Shown here: positions 1-10,600 of the stretch, one piece after another
Layout of the letters: each line of letters opens with the position of its first letter
Position numbering within the stretch: position 1 is the first letter of the stretch
Source: Pseudomonadota bacterium
GTDB taxonomy: Bacteria; Pseudomonadota; Gammaproteobacteria; Acidiferrobacterales; UBA6901
NCBI GenBank assembly: GCA_021785515.1
Contig: JAJYEX010000002.1
Location: 93,328 to 157,327, forward strand
Length of the DNA: 64,000 bases
Reading direction: 5' to 3'
Made by a program: the position numbers and the translations under genes
The notes under the pieces: model-generated
Told to the model about the DNA's origin: nothing
Databases searched by the model: none
What the model saw: the letters and a program-made list of their open reading frames with translations, nothing else

Positions 1-1
1 C

Positions 2-1120
2 ATCGGGAGGCGGTTTCGCCTGGCGCATGTGCATTTCGGGCGGGAAATCATCGAGGTCGCGACTTTTCGCGGACTTCCCGCAGCCTCGTCCGACCCTGAA
101 GTGCACGCGGTGCATGGTGCGGACGGAAGGGCAGAGCCGACTGCGCGCGAATCCCGCCGGGCCCAGCAAGCGGACTACAACATTTTTGGAACCCAGGAAG
201 AGGATGCGCTGCGACGGGATTTCACGGTAAACGCCCTGTATTATAACATCCGCGACTATGCCGTCATGGACTATGTCGGCGGGGCGAACGACCTGAAGGA
301 AGGGGTTCTGCGCATGATCGGCAATCCCCATGCCCGTTATCGCGAAGATCCGGTGCGGATGCTGCGGGTTGTGCGGTTCGCGGCCAAGCTCGGTTTCCTC
401 ATAGAACCGCAGACCGCCGCACCGATCCGCGAGCTGGGGCATCTGCTGCTCGATGTGTCGCCGGCACGCATGTTCGAGGAGGTCATCAAACTGTTTCATG
501 GCGGCTATTCGGTGGAAACCTACGAGCTCCTTCGCACCCACGGCCTGTTTCGTTATCTGTTTCCGGCCACCGAGGACAGTCTGGCCACGGAAAGCGATGG
601 CTTTCCGCGCATACTGCTGCCCAAGGCGCTGGCGAGCACCGACACCCGTCTGGACGAGGGCAAACCGGTAAATCCGGCGTTTCTGTTTGCAGCGTTCCTG
701 TGGGAGCCCGTGCGCCAGCGAATGGATCAGCTCGTGGATGAAGGCATGAAGGATCAGGATGCCCTGCGCCATGCCGCGGACGCGGTGCTGCGCGACCAGC
801 AGCGGCATATTTCGATTCCCAAGCGCTTCAGCTTTCCGATGCGCGAGATCTGGGAGCTGCAGCTGCGTTTTCCGCGCCGTCACGGGAAGGGGGCTGAACG
901 GCTGCTGGAACACAAGCGCTTCCGCGCTGCCTATGATTTCTTGGTTCTGCGCGCTGCCTCCGGTGCGGCCGATCCGGAGCTCGCGGAATGGTGGACACGC
1001 TTCCAGGAGATCGGTCCAGACCAGCGCAAGACGATGGTGCGCGCGCTGACGCCGGCGACTGCGGACCGCCCGAAGCGCCGTCGCCGGCGGCGACGGACGA
1101 CGGACCGTGAACCGGGCTGA
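2..1120 (+). CDS. pcnB: poly(A) polymerase I, 5' end outside window
   Basis: Frame open from nt 2; IGRRFRLAHVHFGREIIEVATFR and following head/neck region are PcnB-like; Arg-rich C-terminal tail; stop at 1120. Confidence 0.9.
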   Translation: MGRRFRLAHVHFGREIIEVATFRGLPAASSDPEVHAVHGADGRAEPTARESRRAQQADYNIFGTQEEDALRRDFTVNALYYNIRDYAVMDYVGGANDLKEGVLRMIGNPHARYREDPVRMLRVVRFAAKLGFLIEPQTAAPIRELGHLLLDVSPARMFEEVIKLFHGGYSVETYELLRTHGLFRYLFPATEDSLATESDGFPRILLPKALASTDTRLDEGKPVNPAFLFAAFLWEPVRQRMDQLVDEGMKDQDALRHAADAVLRDQQRHISIPKRFSFPMREIWELQLRFPRRHGKGAERLLEHKRFRAAYDFLVLRAASGAADPELAEWWTRFQEIGPDQRKTMVRALTPATADRPKRRRRRRRTTDREPG

Positions 1121-1655
1121 TCGTGCCCGCGCGTTCGTCGGGCTGGGCAGCAATCTGGATACGCCAGTCGACCAGGTGCGCATTGCAATCGGACTGCTGG
1201 ATGATCTCCCGGGAACCCGCGTGGAGCGGTGTTCGGGGTTTTATCGCAGCGCCCCAGTCGGAATGAGGGATCAGCCGGACTTCATCAATGCAGTCTGCGA
1301 GCTGTCTACGTTGCTCGCCCCGCCGGTGCTGATGCGCCACCTGCTGGCGATTGAGGCCGGCCGCGGGCGGGTGCGCGCCCAGCCTGGCGGCCCGCGTATC
1401 CTGGATCTGGACCTGCTCTTCTATATTGGGACAGATGGTTGCCCGCAACAGAGTTGCGCGGCTGATCTGGTGTTGCCGCATCCGAGACTCCACGAGCGCG
1501 CTTTCGTCTTGTATCCTTTGTATGAAATCGCGCCGGCACTGGAACTCGCCGGTCGCGGAACCGTAGCGGATCTCCGGGCGCGCTGTTCCGGGCAACGGAT
1601 AGACAGGCTGGTTACCAGATCGGCTACGGGAACGACACGGCACCATACTAGCTAG
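1107..1655 (+). CDS. folK: 2-amino-4-hydroxy-6-hydroxymethyldihydropteridine pyrophosphokinase (HPPK)
   Basis: GTG start overlapping pcnB end; FVGLGSNL, PDFINAV, LDLDLL, LPHPR motifs; pcnB-folK synteny as in E. coli. Confidence 0.9.
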   Translation: MNRADRARAFVGLGSNLDTPVDQVRIAIGLLDDLPGTRVERCSGFYRSAPVGMRDQPDFINAVCELSTLLAPPVLMRHLLAIEAGRGRVRAQPGGPRILDLDLLFYIGTDGCPQQSCAADLVLPHPRLHERAFVLYPLYEIAPALELAGRGTVADLRARCSGQRIDRLVTRSATGTTRHHTS

Positions 1656-1663
1656 AAGGCGCA

Positions 1664-2350
1664 ATGAATTCAGGCATATTGAAAGACACGGTGACACCCG
1701 CACCATCGTGCAGTCCCGGTTACGTGGTGGTAGAGGGCCCGGTCGGGGTCGGAAAGACGAGCCTAGCCCAGAAGCTGTCGCATGCCTTCGGCAGCGATCT
1801 GCTGCTGGAGCGGCCCGAGGAAAATCCGTTTCTCGAGCGTTTCTACCAGGCGCGCAAGCAGTTTGCGCTTCCGACCCAGCTTTTTTTTCTGTTTCAGCGC
1901 GTGCGCCAGTTGCAGGATTTGCGGCAGGGGGATATGTTCCGGCCGGTGCGGGTGGCGGATTTTCTGCTGGAGAAGGACAGTCTGTTCGCGCGCCTGAATC
2001 TGGATGACGACGAACTGCGTCTGTACGATCAGGTATATGCGCAGATGAGTCTGGATCTGCCGGTTCCGGATCTCGTGATCTACCTGCAGGCACCCGCGGA
2101 GGTGCTAATGGAGCGCGTGCGCCGGCGTCGTGCGTCGCACGAGCGACTGATCGAGCGCGCCTATGTTGAGTCGATTGTCGATGGCTACACGCGCTTCTTC
2201 CACCACTACACGGCGGCACCACTGCTGGTGGTCAACGCGGCGGAGGTCAATTTCGTGGATAGCGAGGCCGATTTCAAGTCGCTGCTCGAGCACCTGCGCG
2301 GGGTGCGCAATGGCCGTCATTTCTTCAATCCGCTGCCGGCCGGCCTGTGA
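1664..2350 (+). CDS. deoxynucleoside kinase family protein
   Basis: P-loop EGPVGVGKTS followed by ERPEENPFLERFY and a lid Arg cluster (RVRRRRASHE), typical dNK fold. Confidence 0.8.
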   Translation: MNSGILKDTVTPAPSCSPGYVVVEGPVGVGKTSLAQKLSHAFGSDLLLERPEENPFLERFYQARKQFALPTQLFFLFQRVRQLQDLRQGDMFRPVRVADFLLEKDSLFARLNLDDDELRLYDQVYAQMSLDLPVPDLVIYLQAPAEVLMERVRRRRASHERLIERAYVESIVDGYTRFFHHYTAAPLLVVNAAEVNFVDSEADFKSLLEHLRGVRNGRHFFNPLPAGL

Positions 2351-3147
2351 AGCCCGTTACCGTCACGACTGTCCGGGAGATGAAGAGGGCGCACGACAAG
2401 ATCGTCTGCCTGACAGCCTACGACTACAGTTTCGCAAGTTTGATCGATCGCGCCGGGGTGGACATGGTGATTGTCGGCGACTCGCTCGGCATGGTCATGC
2501 AGGGGCACGACTCAACGCTGCCTGTGACCATGGAGCACATGGTCTATCACTCGGCTTGTGTGGCGCGGGGAATAAGTCGGGCGCTGCTCGTCGTTGACCT
2601 GCCGTTCGGCAGTTATCAGGCCAGCCCAGCGCAGGCGCTGGAAAGCGCTGGGCGGCTGATGAAGGAAGGCGGGGCCCATGTGGTCAAGCTTGAGGGTGGT
2701 GCGCCGATGCTCGACACCGTGCGCTTCCTGGTGGACCGCGGTATCCCGGTCTGCGGTCATATCGGGCTCACGCCGCAGTCTGTCCATCAGTTCGGGGGCT
2801 ATCGCGTCCAGGGCCGTGACGATCCGACCGCCCACCGCATCCGGGAGGATGCGCGCCTGCTGGAGGAGGCGGGGGCCTGCCTGCTGGTGCTTGAGGCCGT
2901 CCCCGCAGCGCTTGGCGAGGCGGTCAGCGCCGCGCTGGAGATACCCGTTATTGGCATAGGCGCGGGTATCGGCTGCGACGGGCAGGTGCTCGTGTTGCAG
3001 GACATGCTTGGACTATATCCTCGCCCGAGTCCCAAGTTCTCCCGGAATTTCATGCAGGAAGGCGGGGGCATCGAAGCGGCGATCCGGGCGTATGCCGATG
3101 CTGTCCGCTCCCGGACGTTTCCTGGCCCCGAACACTCCTTCAACTGA
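2347..3147 (+). CDS. panB: 3-methyl-2-oxobutanoate hydroxymethyltransferase
   Basis: GTG start overlapping upstream stop; LTAYDYSFA, VGDSLGMV, KLEGG, GHIGLTPQS motifs. Confidence 0.92.
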   Translation: MKPVTVTTVREMKRAHDKIVCLTAYDYSFASLIDRAGVDMVIVGDSLGMVMQGHDSTLPVTMEHMVYHSACVARGISRALLVVDLPFGSYQASPAQALESAGRLMKEGGAHVVKLEGGAPMLDTVRFLVDRGIPVCGHIGLTPQSVHQFGGYRVQGRDDPTAHRIREDARLLEEAGACLLVLEAVPAALGEAVSAALEIPVIGIGAGIGCDGQVLVLQDMLGLYPRPSPKFSRNFMQEGGGIEAAIRAYADAVRSRTFPGPEHSFN

Positions 3148-3151
3148 AGCC

Positions 3152-4012
3152 ATGGACATCTGTACCACGGTTGCTGACCTGAAGCGTCAGGTTTCCGGAC
3201 TGCGCGCACGCTGCCCACGCATCGCGTTCGTGCCGACCATGGGCAATCTGCACGCCGGACACCTGCGTCTCGTTGAACGTGCCCGCGATCATGCCGACGG
3301 TGTCGTGGTCAGTATCTACGTCAATCCGCTGCAATTCGGACCGGGAGAGGATTTCGATGCGTATCCGCGCACGGTGGCGGCCGACAGCGCACAGCTGCGC
3401 AGCGCCGGCGTGGATCTGCTGTTCCTGCCATCGGACGCGGAGGTGTATCCGCGCGGGCAGACGGCCCAGACCTTTGTGGAGGTCCCGGGTATGAGCGACA
3501 TTCTGTGCGGTGCTGTCCGGCCGGGACATTTTCGCGGGGTGACCACCGTGGTCAATCGTCTGCTGAACCTGGTCGCGCCGGACGTGGCGCTGTTTGGCAA
3601 AAAGGACTACCAGCAGTGGCTGCTGATACGCCTGATGGTCGAGGACCTCGGCATGTCCGTGAAAATTGTCGGTATTGACACCGAGCGCGCGGCCGACGGC
3701 CTGGCGCTGAGTTCCCGCAACGGCTATCTGAGCGATGCGGAGCGCCAGATCGCGCCGGCGCTGTTCGCCGCACTGTGCCGACTAAAGGAGCGGATCGAGC
3801 AGGGGCGGGCGGGTGTGGGGCAGGCCGAAGCGGAAGCGCTTGCGGCGCTGACGGCGCAGGGATTCCGTCCGGACTATCTCAGCGTCCGCCGCCGCGCGGA
3901 CTTGGCCCCGCCGGTCCGGGGGGACCGGAAACTCGTAGCCCTGGCTGCGGCCAGGCTGGGCCGCACCCGGCTTCTGGACAACGTCGAATTGGATATGCCG
4001 GGCCAGGAATGA
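3152..4012 (+). CDS. panC: pantoate--beta-alanine ligase
   Basis: ORF-track start 3008 lies inside panB. Internal ATG 3152, just after the panB stop, gives a canonical N-terminus. PTMGNLHAGH and VSIYVNPLQFG motifs. Confidence 0.92.
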   Translation: MDICTTVADLKRQVSGLRARCPRIAFVPTMGNLHAGHLRLVERARDHADGVVVSIYVNPLQFGPGEDFDAYPRTVAADSAQLRSAGVDLLFLPSDAEVYPRGQTAQTFVEVPGMSDILCGAVRPGHFRGVTTVVNRLLNLVAPDVALFGKKDYQQWLLIRLMVEDLGMSVKIVGIDTERAADGLALSSRNGYLSDAERQIAPALFAALCRLKERIEQGRAGVGQAEAEALAALTAQGFRPDYLSVRRRADLAPPVRGDRKLVALAAARLGRTRLLDNVELDMPGQE

Positions 4013-4137
4013 GGCTGCCGCCCGGACGGACAGCGGTAAAAGCGGTTGAAATTGAACGCAATAGCCCAAAACGGGATAATAGGGGCTATATTGATGGTCA
4101 ATACCTGTATTGACCCTGTTTCCAGAGAGGTCCTTCC

Positions 4138-4518
4138 ATGCACAGAACGCTGCTGCGGGCCAAGTTGCACCGGGTCCATGTGACCCACTCCGAGCTCGAT
4201 TACGAGGGCTCGGTGGCCATTGACGGGCGTCTGCTGGATGCCGCCGATATTCACGAATACGAGCGCATCGAGGTGTACAACCTGCGTAACGGCGAACGCT
4301 TCGGAACCTATGCCATCCGCGCCCAGGACGGCTCGGGCGTCATCTCGGTGAACGGTGCGGCTGCCCATAAGGCTAAGCCGGCGGACATCCTTATTGTGTG
4401 TGCGTACGGCAGCATCGATGAGGCGGAGCTCGCGACCTTCAAGCCGCGTCTGGTGTATGTCGATGAGCACAACCGGATTACGCACACACGCAACGCCATT
4501 CCGGTGCAGGTAGCCTGA
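4138..4518 (+). CDS. panD: aspartate 1-decarboxylase
   Basis: [16 protein letters not shown]...[10 protein letters not shown] with the Gly-Ser self-processing site; 126 aa. Confidence 0.93.
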   Translation: MHRTLLRAKLHRVHVTHSELDYEGSVAIDGRLLDAADIHEYERIEVYNLRNGERFGTYAIRAQDGSGVISVNGAAAHKAKPADILIVCAYGSIDEAELATFKPRLVYVDEHNRITHTRNAIPVQVA

Positions 4519-4797
4519 CTCTTCAGCTTCGTGTCCACCCGGGGTGCGATGGCAGAATCTGCGCTGCGCATCCCCGGGGCTGAGTATTCCCGGTGGCTGT
4601 AGCCAAAGATGGCCACCCCCCTTCCGACCCTTCCCGCGTCAAGGTGGGCAGCGCTTTTGCCAGGGCGGTCTTCCGGGCCGCGGTGATGCCGGACGTGTGA
4701 TGTCCGGGTCGCAGCATGACGGATGGAGGTGCTTGCGCCCTGGACCGGGCGTGACGGGATCGGACGCGGATCTTGGCTCGTCGTCAGGGAGTGCCAT

Positions 4798-5793
4798 ATG
4801 CGAGTGCTGGCTGGGGACATAGGGGGCACCAAGACGCTGCTGGAGATTGCAGACGTCGCTCCGGGTGCGCACCGGGTGGTCGCGCAGGAGCGCTATGCCA
4901 GTAGTGCGTACGACAGCCTGTTGCCTATGATTCGCGACTTCGTCGCCGGTGCCGGCGCCGGAAAGCTGTCCACTCTGCACGGTGCCTGTTTCGGAGTGGC
5001 CGGGCCGATCGTCGAGTCCGGTGCCGGCCAGTGCGCGCGGCTCACCAACCTTCCATGGGAGGTCGACACGGCGGTAGTCGCGCATGGCCTCGGCATGACG
5101 CGGGTACGCCTGATCAACGATTTCCAGGCTGTCGGTTACGGCATTGAGGTGCTCGGGTCCAGTGATCTGGAGGTGCTGCAGGAGGGAACCGAGCTGGCGC
5201 AGGGACCGCGCGCGGTGATCGGTGCCGGAACCGGTCTCGGTGTCGGCATTCTCGTCTGGCAGCACGATCACTACGAGGCGCTCCCGACAGAAGGGGGGCA
5301 CGTGGACTTCGCACCCACGTCGCCGGTGCAGATCGAGCTGCTGCGGTGGCTGATGGACCGCTTCGGCCGCGTATCCTATGAGCGTCTGCTCTCCGGGCCA
5401 GGGCTCGTAAACATCTATTCGTTTCTCAGCTCTAATGCCGGCGAAGGGTCTGCGCTGCAGGCGATGTTGGCGACGGAAGATCCGGCGGCCGCGGTTGCCC
5501 GGGCGGCGCAGGACGGTAGCGACGCGCTTGCCGCCCGGGCCCTGCACATGTTTGCGGAGATCTATGGAGCGCAGGCGGGCAACCTTGCGTTGACCTGTCT
5601 CGCGCGCGGTGGCATCTATCTGGCCGGCGGGATCGCGCCCAAGATCATTGCCGCATTGAAAGCGGCGCCGTTTCTGCGCGCATTCAACGACAAGGGCCGC
5701 ATGGCGGTGCTGACCGCGTCCATGCCGGTGCGTGTGGTGGTGAATCAGCAGGCGGGGCTTATCGGTGCCGCACTCGCGGCAAGCCGGCTGTGA
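4798..5793 (+). CDS. glk: glucokinase
   Basis: ATG 4798 gives MRVLAGDIGGTKT (ATP-binding N-terminus). The ORF-track start 4723 adds 25 atypical residues. EGGH motif present. Confidence 0.88.
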   Translation: MRVLAGDIGGTKTLLEIADVAPGAHRVVAQERYASSAYDSLLPMIRDFVAGAGAGKLSTLHGACFGVAGPIVESGAGQCARLTNLPWEVDTAVVAHGLGMTRVRLINDFQAVGYGIEVLGSSDLEVLQEGTELAQGPRAVIGAGTGLGVGILVWQHDHYEALPTEGGHVDFAPTSPVQIELLRWLMDRFGRVSYERLLSGPGLVNIYSFLSSNAGEGSALQAMLATEDPAAAVARAAQDGSDALAARALHMFAEIYGAQAGNLALTCLARGGIYLAGGIAPKIIAALKAAPFLRAFNDKGRMAVLTASMPVRVVVNQQAGLIGAALAASRL

Positions 5794-5809
5794 CCGGGCC
5801 ACTGTTCCT

Positions 5810-7444
5810 TCAGTAGATCCTGCGGTCCTGCTCCGGACCGCGAACCCCTTGGGGGATGCGATATCCCTCGCGGAAGATCCGGTAATCGATATCCGGAAAC
5901 GCGTTGTCGCGATTGGCCACTTCACGCAGATAATGTTCGTCGACCCGCAGCCGTTCGGTCATGTCGCCCAGGCGATGGAAGCGGTGGATATGGGTCTTGA
6001 AGCGGCGGACAGCGTAGTCCACGGTGGTGCCGCTTTTCATGATGAAGGCCCAGTCGCTGGCCTGCGCCAGGAGCAGTTCGCGGGCAGCCTGGTCCAGAGC
6101 CGCGCGGGTCGCGCCGGCGCAATCCGGAAAGCGGCTTTGCAATGCGACCATGCGTTCCAGTGCCCCGTGCAGGTGGGGATAAATCCAGTCATTGGAGCCG
6201 TTCAGCCAGACCTCGTGGAACCCGCCCGCACCCCAGCTCGATTCCGCCGGCGAGGCGGTCTGCAGCCGGTCACCGTGATCGTCGAGATAACGGGCGGCGG
6301 TGATGGTCTGGATCCCGTCCTGCCCGCGGTCGATGGCACGCAGCAGGAATTCGATCCATTGCGGACCCTCGAACCACCAGTGTCCGAACAGTTCCGCGTC
6401 GTAGGCTGCGACCATGACCGGCGGCGCATTGCAGGAGGGCGCCAGGCGCTCCACCTGCCGGCGCCGTTGCTGCAGGAAGTGGCCGGCGTGTTGTGCGGCC
6501 CGGGCGCGGGCCCAGGCCGGATGATACAGCTCCTTCCACGGCCCGTCGCCAGTGACACGGTGGTATTTGAGGCCGGTGAATCCACGGATGCCGGCGTGCC
6601 GTAACGGCAGCATGTACGGCGCATCGACGTCGAAGCCGGCGTCCCGGTAGAAGTCGCGATACAGGAAATCACCGGGGTACCCTGTGGCGGCCGACCACAC
6701 CTGCATGGACGATTCGAAATCGCGGCCAAACACGGCCGGTCCGGCTGGTGTGCGCAGCGGACGGTGCACGCCGTGTCGCGGCCGCGGCTCGGCATTCAAA
6801 ATTCCGTGCGATTCCACAAAGAAGTGATCGAACCCGAAGTCGCGCAGGACCTGGTCGAATCCGGGCAGATAGCCGCATTCCGGCAGCCAGATGCCCCTGG
6901 GGCTGCATCCGAAAATGCGCTTGTGGGTATGTACCGCCATGGCCAGCTGGGCGTGCAGCCCCTGCGGCTGGGCGGCGAGCAGTGGCAGGTAGCCATGGGT
7001 GGCGGCGCTCGTCAGGATCTCCAGATGACCGGATTCCATCAGGCGGCGGAAGGCCCACGCCAGGTTGGGTTCTGCCGCGAACCGTTCCCTCAGCTGCGCG
7101 TAGCGGCGGGCGTAGAATGTAACCAGACTGCGCAATCGTCGATCCGTGCGCGCCCGGGCACGTTCGCCGGCGAGTGCGTGCAGGCGTTCATCAAGGTAGC
7201 GCAGGTACCGACCCTGGAGCAGCGGGTCGGCGAGCATCAGCAGCAGCGTGGGCGAGAGCGACAGCGTGACGCGATAGGCGACGCCGTTGTCCGCCAGACC
7301 CTCGAACACCTCGAGCAGCGGCAGATAGGTCTCGGTGATCGCTTCGAACAGCCAGTCTTCCTCGAGGAAGCGATCATGCTCCGGATGCCTGACAAACGGC
7401 AGGTGGGCGTGCAGAACCAGCGCGAGGAAGCCTTGTGGGCGCAA
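5810..7444 (-). CDS. GH57-family 1,4-alpha-glucan branching enzyme (DUF1957 type)
   Basis: LALVLHAHLPFVRHPE..EEDWLFEAITETYLPLL is the GH57 branching-enzyme N-terminus. Start uncertain: ATG 7609 would overlap the upstream gene by 155 nt. In-frame TTG at 7444 gives MRPQGFLALVLHAHLPF, 11 nt after the upstream stop. Confidence 0.85.
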   Translation of the reverse strand: MRPQGFLALVLHAHLPFVRHPEHDRFLEEDWLFEAITETYLPLLEVFEGLADNGVAYRVTLSLSPTLLLMLADPLLQGRYLRYLDERLHALAGERARARTDRRLRSLVTFYARRYAQLRERFAAEPNLAWAFRRLMESGHLEILTSAATHGYLPLLAAQPQGLHAQLAMAVHTHKRIFGCSPRGIWLPECGYLPGFDQVLRDFGFDHFFVESHGILNAEPRPRHGVHRPLRTPAGPAVFGRDFESSMQVWSAATGYPGDFLYRDFYRDAGFDVDAPYMLPLRHAGIRGFTGLKYHRVTGDGPWKELYHPAWARARAAQHAGHFLQQRRRQVERLAPSCNAPPVMVAAYDAELFGHWWFEGPQWIEFLLRAIDRGQDGIQTITAARYLDDHGDRLQTASPAESSWGAGGFHEVWLNGSNDWIYPHLHGALERMVALQSRFPDCAGATRAALDQAARELLLAQASDWAFIMKSGTTVDYAVRRFKTHIHRFHRLGDMTERLRVDEHYLREVANRDNAFPDIDYRIFREGYRIPQGVRGPEQDRRIY

Positions 7445-7454
7445 GTTCTGCGGG

Positions 7455-8309
7455 TCAGCGGCTGCTGACGGAAGCCGACCAGACCAGGCGCTTTCCCTCG
7501 CGATGGCCACCGGTGCGTGCGTACATGCGCCCAAACTCCGCGTCGCTGATCCACCAGTGTGTGTCGGTCTGCTCCGAGGCATGCAGCGACGGCAGGCGCG
7601 CGATGCCATGGTCTATGGCGGTAATGAAGCTGTGGTCCGCCCCATAGTAACCGAGCTGGGCATACAGCTGGGTCTCAGTCGCCAGATCACCCACATGAAA
7701 ATACCAGCGCCCGCTATCGCTTGGCAGCGGGATCTCGTCCAGCACCTCGAGTACGCGGTTGTGGATGGAACACAGCCGGATACGCAAGTCAGGCTGGCGC
7801 CGAAGCGTGCCGGGTTCGAGGGCCCAGTAGCCGTGCAGGATTCCGGGCTTCTGCGGCAGCAGCCCGAGCAGCGCATCGGGAAGCGGGGGCAGCGAGTCGA
7901 TATCCTCGTCCAGGTCGGCCGCGACAAAAGGTACGGGTAGTTCCAGGCCTGCCGGTATCAGCATCGATTCCGGCTTGATCCGCAGCTTCCGGGCGGTGCG
8001 ACCGGCCGACGCAGTCCGCTTTCGAGCCGGCCTGACGCCAGCAGCGGCAGGTTTTGCAACCCGCGCGCGCTTGCGGCTCTTGGTGCGTGCCTTGGGTGTC
8101 GCCGATTTGACGCGCTTCTGCGGACGAGCGGATTTCTGTCCCAGTTTGCGCTTCGCCTGGCTGCCCGTTGCCGTGGATCGGCGCTTCGCCGGTTCACGAA
8201 CCGGGCGCGCGAGCAGGCGTAACAGTTCGCTACGACTCATCCGCGAATAACCGCGACGCCCCTGCTTGCGGGCCATCGCGCGCAGCTGCTTCACCGTTTT
8301 GTCATGCAT
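7455..8309 (-). CDS. Rho_N-like / DUF4912 domain protein associated with GH57 glycogen clusters
   Basis: N-terminus VKQLRAMARKQGRRGYSRMSRSELLRLL resembles the Rho termination factor N-terminal (SAP-like) motif. A Lys/Arg-rich linker follows. The C-terminal GILHGYWALEP..RIRL region is DUF4912-like. Confidence 0.7.
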   Translation of the reverse strand: MHDKTVKQLRAMARKQGRRGYSRMSRSELLRLLARPVREPAKRRSTATGSQAKRKLGQKSARPQKRVKSATPKARTKSRKRARVAKPAAAGVRPARKRTASAGRTARKLRIKPESMLIPAGLELPVPFVAADLDEDIDSLPPLPDALLGLLPQKPGILHGYWALEPGTLRRQPDLRIRLCSIHNRVLEVLDEIPLPSDSGRWYFHVGDLATETQLYAQLGYYGADHSFITAIDHGIARLPSLHASEQTDTHWWISDAEFGRMYARTGGHREGKRLVWSASVSSR

Positions 8310-8615
8310 GGCGATAGCGGTGGTGTATGACAGTCATGCTGGCTGCATCCTCCCGGGTTCTGCCAGCCGGCCCCGCAAAGACGCTGGACCGGCAGCCGGA
8401 TCTTGTTGGATTGAGCATTTCCGGTCCCCGAATTGTATAGGAGGTTGGTCGTTCTGTCGCCGGGCGGCAGCGGCCAGGCCGCCCGATGCGGGCCGACACG
8501 ACTTGCCGTTGATCGGCGTCAATGTGCCAGCACCGCTGTGTCGGCATGATAGCGTGCTATTGGCCGGAATCATGGCCGGTTGAAGCGGTGCGATTCCGGA
8601 GGCAGGAGGAGATGC

Positions 8616-8834
8616 ATGTATTTGAGAAACAAGAATAGTCACGATATGGTCGAGATTCTCGATGTTGAAGTTCTGCTTGATCCCTTCAAGAGCCGCGTTG
8701 CCGGACGCTACCACGCCGGGGAAGAGATGCAGGAGCCGACGATGTTCAAAAAACTCGAACTCGTGTTCCTCTCCGGAGAAGCCTTGCCGCGGTGCTGGCT
8801 GGATCCCCATTACGGTGATGCCCCCGGGTTCTGA
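8616..8834 (+). CDS. small conserved hypothetical protein (72 aa)
   Basis: ATG 8616; MYLRNKNSHDMVEILDVEVLLDPF...[13 protein letters not shown] looks like a real small protein rather than GC-rich shadow. Its 3' end overlaps the convergent glgA by 25 nt. Confidence 0.5.
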   Translation: MYLRNKNSHDMVEILDVEVLLDPFKSRVAGRYHAGEEMQEPTMFKKLELVFLSGEALPRCWLDPHYGDAPGF

Positions 8835-10306
8835 TTTTTCCCGATTGTGTGGTCGTGCAGTATTCTGGCTGACCGGTACAGATCGATATAGTGCTGGGCG
8901 CTGGCGCGCCAGCTGAAGTCCTGCCGCATGCCGCAGTGGACCAGGCTGCGCCAGCGGGACGGATTTCGATAAAGGGACATGGCACGTCCCAGGGCTGCGA
9001 TCAACGCATTGGCGTCGTCTCCGTCGAACACGATGCCCGTCGCCACACCGGCGCGCAGGTTGGGTTCGCTGGCGTCGATAACCGTGTCTGCGAGTCCTCC
9101 GACGCGCCGTACGATCGGCACGGTTCCATAGCGCAGGCTGTACAGCTGGTTGAGGCCGCAGGGCTCGAACCGGGATGGCATGAGAAACATGTCGGCGGCG
9201 CTCTCGATGCGGTGGGCGGCCGCCTCGTCGTAGCCGATGCGTGCTGCCACCCGGCCGGGATGGCGAGCAGCGAGCCTGCGCAGTGCGTCTTCGTAGCTGC
9301 GCTCGCCGTTACCCAGGAACACGATCTGCGCCCGGGCATGCAGCAGGTAGGATACTGCGCTTATCGCCAGATCCACTCCCTTTTGCCGCACCAGGCGGCT
9401 CACCATGCCGACCAGAGGTGCCTGGCTGTCAGGATCCAGGCCGTGTTCGTGCTGCAGAGCGCGCTTGTTGTCACGCTTGGCGCTGATATGCGCCGCATCA
9501 TAGTTACGGACAATCCACGAGTCGTGCTGCGGATCCCACTCTTTATCGTCGATGCCGTTGAGGATGCCTACCAGCCGGTCGGCGCGGTGTCGCAGCAGAC
9601 CGTCGAGACCGAAGCCGAGATCCGGAGTCTGGATCTCACGTGCATAGGTCGGACTTACTGTGCTGAGCATGTCGCTGTAGACCAGCCCTCCCTTGATGAA
9701 CGACAGACGGCCGTAGAACTCAAGTGAATCCGGAGTCCACAGGGACCAGGGCAGGCCAAGGTGACCCAGTTCGGCCTGGTCGAACAGACCCTGATAGGCA
9801 AGGTTGTGAATCGTGAAGACGGTGGCGGGTCGCGGATAGGTATCCTTCATAAACACGGGCGTAAGGCCAGTCTGCCAGTCGTTGGCGTGGACGATGTCCG
9901 GTTGCCAAGACACGCCGGCCTGGCCCAGTGCGATGGCGGCAGCCGCACGCGCCAGCAGGGCGAAGCGCCCGGCATTATCCCCCCATGGCTGTCCGAGCGG
10001 ATCCAGATAGGGGCCGCCAGAGCGGTCATAGGCCGGGGGGTAGTCGACAAGCCAGGTTGTGACGCCCGTCCCCGGGAACCGGCCCTCGAGCAGCCGCGCC
10101 GGCGCGACAAGCTGCGGCAGATTCAGCTGTGCTACGGGTGAGACGCTGGTGAGCCGGTCCAGGACCGTACGATACGCGGGCAGCAGCAGGCGCACGTCGC
10201 AGCCCAGCGACTGAAGCGTGGCCGGGAGACTGCCGCTGACATCGCCGAGTCCGCCAGTCTTGATGAGGGGATGCGCTTCGCTGGTGACAAACAGGACCTT
10301 GAACAT
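8810..10306 (-). CDS. glgA: glycogen synthase (ADP-glucose type, GT5)
   Basis: [24 protein letters not shown]-terminal signature; 498 aa. Confidence 0.93.
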   Translation of the reverse strand: MFKVLFVTSEAHPLIKTGGLGDVSGSLPATLQSLGCDVRLLLPAYRTVLDRLTSVSPVAQLNLPQLVAPARLLEGRFPGTGVTTWLVDYPPAYDRSGGPYLDPLGQPWGDNAGRFALLARAAAAIALGQAGVSWQPDIVHANDWQTGLTPVFMKDTYPRPATVFTIHNLAYQGLFDQAELGHLGLPWSLWTPDSLEFYGRLSFIKGGLVYSDMLSTVSPTYAREIQTPDLGFGLDGLLRHRADRLVGILNGIDDKEWDPQHDSWIVRNYDAAHISAKRDNKRALQHEHGLDPDSQAPLVGMVSRLVRQKGVDLAISAVSYLLHARAQIVFLGNGERSYEDALRRLAARHPGRVAARIGYDEAAAHRIESAADMFLMPSRFEPCGLNQLYSLRYGTVPIVRRVGGLADTVIDASEPNLRAGVATGIVFDGDDANALIAALGRAMSLYRNPSRWRSLVHCGMRQDFSWRASAQHYIDLYRSARILHDHTIGKNQNPGASP

Positions 10307-10600
10307 GGGCAGTAGTTAGGATGATCTGCAACGGGCAGCATGCAGTGTACCCGAGGGGTGCGTGTGTAATCCACGCTGCGACCGGTGCCGGCGGGCCGCA
10401 GTGGCGCTGCTGCCCGTTGTGGGCGTATGGGCCCATGTTCTCTTGACGGGCACGCATACGGTCCCGATTTATGATTCAATACGGGATGTAGGGACGGAAA
10501 TCCGGGTCCGCAGGGCGGGTGGTGCCCCGCAATGCCGGTCGGACGGGATTGGCCGGTGTGATGCAGACCGGCGTCACACACGCAACAGGGAAATGAACGG

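Noticed and set aside
828-2222. 464-aa ORF on the minus strand across pcnB, folK and dNK
   Set aside because: It is antisense to three well-supported genes, with extreme Arg/Ala/Pro/Gly composition and no recognisable motifs. This is a typical shadow ORF of a high-GC genome.
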